Shown piece after piece: positions 23,202-24,000 of a stretch of DNA of 24,000 nucleotides (position 1 is its first letter; every line of letters starts with the position of its first letter). Both the position numbers and the translations under genes were made by a program. This DNA is from Halorussus salinisoli (GTDB lineage: Archaea > Halobacteriota > Halobacteria > Halobacteriales > Haladaptataceae): assembly GCF_005239435.1 (NCBI RefSeq), contig NZ_SZNP01000009.1, one strand, 5' to 3'. The notes below the pieces were generated by a model. The model was not told where the DNA came from and searched no databases. It saw only the letters and a list, made by a program, of their open reading frames with translations.

Positions 23202-24000
23202 ATGACAGGCATGGAAAAGTCGCGACGCGCGTATCTGAAGACGACGGCCGCGGTCGGTGCTGCCGGACTCACCGGTCTCTCCGGATGTATCGGCAGCATT
23301 TCGGGTGGAAGCGATGGCGGAAGCGACGAACCCATCCACATGGGGTCGATTCTGCCGATTACAGGTGCGCTGAGCGCCTACGGTGACGGGATGCAGGAAG
23401 CGGTCAACCTCGCGAAAAAACACATCAACGACGCGGGCGGACCGCTCGGACGCGAAATAAAGGTCCACAACAAAGACAGCGAGACCAAACCGAGCAAGGC
23501 GTCTCAGAAGTACAAGTCGCTGGTCAACGAGCAGAGCATCGTCGGCTTCGTCGGCGCGGCCTCCAGTGGCGTCTCCGTGCCGCTCGCCAAAAACGTCGCC
23601 TCCGACGGCGTGATGCAGGTGAGCAACGCCAGCACCACGCCGGCGCTCGCGGAGATCGGCTACGACGGCGACACGAAGTACTTCGGCCGGACCGCCCCGA
23701 ACGACGGCCAGCAGGGTATCGTGATGGGCCGCATCATGAACGAGGACAAGTACATCGGCGCGGACAAGGCCGCGTTCCTCCACGTCGCCAACGCCTACGG
23801 CGAAGGGTTGGCGGAGAAGGCGAAGGAGGCGTTCGACGGCGAGACCGTCGCGACGGTGCCCTACGACAAGAAGTCCTCCGACTACACCTCGACTCTCGAC
23901 AAACTGTTCGAGGACGACCCCGACGCCATCGGGTTCGTCGGCTACCCCGGCAACGGGAAGACCATCCTCAAGCAGTGGGACAACGGCGGCTACGGCGGCG
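23202..24000 (+). CDS. ABC transporter substrate-binding lipoprotein, LivJ/branched-chain-amino-acid type (3'-truncated by the window end)
   Basis: It is absent from the ORF track because no stop codon falls in the window, so I translated it by hand: MTGMEKSRRAYLKTTAAVGAAGLTGLSGC (Tat motif plus lipobox), then HMGSILPITGALSAYGDGMQEAVNLAKKHINDAGGPLGREIKV...VGFVGAASSGVSVPLA...GQQGIVMG. This is the type-1 periplasmic binding protein (Leu/Ile/Val-binding) pattern. Confidence 0.85.
   Translation, partial: MTGMEKSRRAYLKTTAAVGAAGLTGLSGCIGSISGGSDGGSDEPIHMGSILPITGALSAYGDGMQEAVNLAKKHINDAGGPLGREIKVHNKDSETKPSKASQKYKSLVNEQSIVGFVGAASSGVSVPLAKNVASDGVMQVSNASTTPALAEIGYDGDTKYFGRTAPNDGQQGIVMGRIMNEDKYIGADKAAFLHVANAYGEGLAEKAKEAFDGETVATVPYDKKSSDYTSTLDKLFEDDPDAIGFVGYPGNGKTILKQWDNGGYGG

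Noticed and set aside
23046-23783. 245-aa minus-strand ORF.
   Set aside because: It is antisense to the clearly recognisable LivJ-type binding-protein gene, is Arg/Ala/Val-rich and has no motifs.

Overview
This is a GC-rich chromosomal segment of haloarchaeal type. The evidence is acidic proteins, Tat and lipobox signals, TATA boxes about 26-32 nt upstream of start codons (leaderless-style), and archaellum genes together with che genes. The minus strand from 32 to 15364 is one motility/taxis supercluster. It holds the archaellum accessory operon arlCE-arlF-arlG-arlH-arlI-(65-aa ORF)-arlJ (7045 to 32). Directly upstream lies the tightly coupled che operon cheY-cheB-cheA-cheC-cheC-cheD-cheR (13892 to 7165). 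Upstream of that are a separately promoted cheW and an uncharacterised acidic protein. The plus strand from 15622 to 20305 carries a 74-aa winged-helix protein, a Tat-exported Rieske protein with no cytochrome b partner, a zinc-ribbon mini-protein and two secreted/anchored beta-propeller proteins. Next come a frameshifted HTH gene, a short repeat cluster, tRNA-Thr(UGU), and the housekeeping genes GNAT acetyltransferase and pgk on the minus strand. A 3'-truncated LivJ-type ABC substrate-binding lipoprotein gene runs off the window end. I found no rRNA, CRISPR array, IS element or integrase. Archaellin, cheF and transducer (MCP/Htr) genes are absent from the window. I do not see a clear new multi-gene system. 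The most interesting loose ends are the interrupted arlI-arlJ junction, the orphan acidic protein and mini-wHTH flanking the che cluster, the missing CheF adaptor with only one ArlC/D/E-type gene, and the decayed region next to the tRNA. Several ORF-track starts are alternative-codon over-extensions (GTG/TTG), and I re-called them to downstream ATGs. The many long R/G/H-rich antisense ORFs are GC-driven shadow ORFs.
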